Shown here: one piece after another, positions 61,885 to 64,000 of the stretch
How positions within the stretch are numbered: position 1 is the first letter of the stretch
Layout: every line of letters begins with the position of its first letter
Source of the DNA: the human T2T-CHM13v2.0 reference genome, Homo sapiens
NCBI RefSeq assembly: GCF_009914755.1
Contig: NC_060930.1
Length of the DNA stretch: 64,000 nucleotides
Reading direction: 5' to 3' (one strand)
Translations under genes and position numbers: made by a program
Notes under the pieces: model-generated
The model's input: only the letters and a program-made list of their open reading frames with translations
What the model was told of the DNA's origin: nothing
Database searches by the model: none

Positions 61885-62010
61885 AGCTGGGCGCAGGGGC
61901 TCACACCTGTAATCTCAGCACTTTGGGAGGCCAGGGTGAGAGGATCTCTTGAGGCCAGGAGTTTAAGACCAGCCTGGACAACATAGTGAGCCCATGTATC
62001 TACAAAAAAA
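61885..62010 (+). mobile_element. FLAM Alu monomer
   Basis: gctgggcgcaggggctcacacctgtaatc...accagcctggacaacatagtgag followed by an A tail. Confidence 0.85.
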
Positions 62011-63070
62011 TTTTTTTGAACCAAAAAAGTAAGATAAAAACCTGTTTATTGACTTCTGAAAACCTCCAATTTTTGTTTGGATTTGAAATTCATCTATTTT
62101 GATCCAATCCAACAGCTTTCTTTAAAGTCAATCTGAATATCATTTAACAAATTTACATAAATTTCTTACATTTTCAAAATAACGTTGTTGTAAATAACGC
62201 TATTTGTAAAAAAAAAACATTGTTGTAAACCAAAGGAGAAATCACTAATTCTATTTCTACGATCCCCTTTGTTGTAAGAGCCTATAACTTATGATAGGAG
62301 AAATACAAAACAGAATTCTCTCATTCTCCCTTTTCTTCCTTTCCCTTCCCTTCTTTTCTTTCCTCTTCTCTCTCTCATTCTGCCTCAAACTATGTATCTT
62401 GGGCATGATCCAAAATAGTTTAAAAGAAAGTTAAAATATATACAACATAAAGCAAAATAAAATAAGTTATAATAAAAAGATTAATCCAAGAAAAAAAGTT
62501 AAAAATGAGAACCTTATAAAATATCATAGAATGAGAAATAAATTTCCTCAAGGATACCCATTAAGAGGACATTGTATAATATCATGCATTAAACAGTATC
62601 ATCTATTAATACCACACCCTTATAATAAGTGGTACAAAGGACTTCAGAAATTTGTCATAGTATCTTCTCCTTAGTCCCATATTTCTTACCATCCCCACTT
62701 GGGCAAATGCCATCCTACAAGTGGGCTATCATGATTTTGGATGCCCTGGCTAAATTCTGGAGTATACTCTTTCTTATCTAAAATAATAGATGCAGTGTAT
62801 ATCTTCCAAATGATCTTGCATCAACATTATTTCTTTTGTTTAGCTTTTGTTAGAAACACTGAATACAAGATTATTCTTCTGAAAAGAATATAGACTATAA
62901 CTAGTCTATGTTGCAACACAGTACAGATTCTTATGATTTAACATTCTGAAGAATTCCAAGAGATTTGATCCAACCCTTGTTTTCCCCTAATTGGATCCTT
63001 CTAGAAAACTAAGGGCTTCCCAACTGCCCATATTCAAGTTTACCATTTACAAGATTACCAGTAAGTAAAA

Positions 63071-63093
63071 AGAGAGAGAGAGAGAGAGAGAGA
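63071..63093. repeat. (AG)n microsatellite
   Basis: Direct inspection. Confidence 0.9.
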
Positions 63094-64000
63094 ATGCCAA
63101 AATCTGAGATGCTTTTCATAGAAAAGAAATCAGCAGAGGTGCACAAATGTCAATTTTACTTCAACAATTACATGGATATAAATCAAGTATTAGGATAAAA
63201 TTTGTAGTAATATTTAAATGTTTCAGACAAAATTTTTCTTATACATTTATACATAAAAAATTATAATTTTTCATTCTATTTTCTGAAAGATGTTTAAAAC
63301 CATTTTATACTTACCACACTTTCTTTAAGTAAAATGAGCTTTTGTTGGCTATTTTTATTTTTGATTATTTGGCTTTCAAAATAAAGATTAGCTAAACCTA
63401 AATGCAGTAAATATTGATTTAAATTTTATATCAAAAGCAAATATGATACAAGCTCTACACAGATAAGTATTTGATTTCTATGAAATCCATTTATCTAAAG
63501 CTTAATCCAGTATTTGTTTTGTTATTAAAACTCATTAGCTATCCAATATTTTAAAATTAGAAGTCAGGACTAATATACAAACCCTCCTCAAAAGTTATAG
63601 GGTCCTGAAAAATTATGAGAATAAGTGTGGTCAGTAATTTCAATGCTCGGATATAACCTTGACAAAAGAGTACTTGATAATGAAGTCTTGTTTCTCTAGT
63701 CTTTCAAAAAAGGGAGAGAAATTAGAGGGAAAAAAAACCTAAGTAAAAAGGTGGTTAATGTAGACCAATGAATTTGTGCAAAAAAGAGAAGCCCAAATAA
63801 AAGCCCTTTTAAAAAAAATTTAAAGAGTTTTATTACAGGATGTTAGTATTCAAGACAAGTCAGAGCACCTTATACTTTTAATCAGATTTTGGGTAATTAG
63901 TTTTAAAGTGTTACTTGAGCATTTTTCTCATATTGTTTTTTGGGCAAAAGTGCTTCTCAGTGACTGTTTAAGAGATGTTACTCTGATCAAACAGTTTATC

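Overview
AT-rich primate (human-like) genomic DNA with many interspersed repeats: a full THE1-type MaLR, an L1PA4-6 5' half fused tail-to-tail to an older L1, L1PB4, Alus, a MER11 solo LTR, MER34/MER30, Tigger3, MER20 and MER5A. There is no intact protein-coding gene, and nearly all track ORFs are repeat-derived or random. The main result is on the minus strand at about 60,425-22,008: 12-13 decayed exons with mostly canonical AG/GT splice sites and mostly compatible phases. They assemble into a ~900-aa type I membrane protein (signal peptide, Cys-containing ectodomain, C-terminal TM, tail). By eye this protein is colinear, exon after exon, with the orthobunyavirus Gc envelope glycoprotein (stalk, class II fusion domains I-III, stem, TM). 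It looks like an intron-containing, domesticated bunyavirus-Gc-like gene that is now a pseudogene (>20 stops, many frameshifts). The alignment uses my recollection of La Crosse virus Gc and needs a profile or structure search to confirm. Secondary findings are a tandem AluY duplication carrying an inverted templated insertion, two local direct duplications and an L1-L1 deletion junction.
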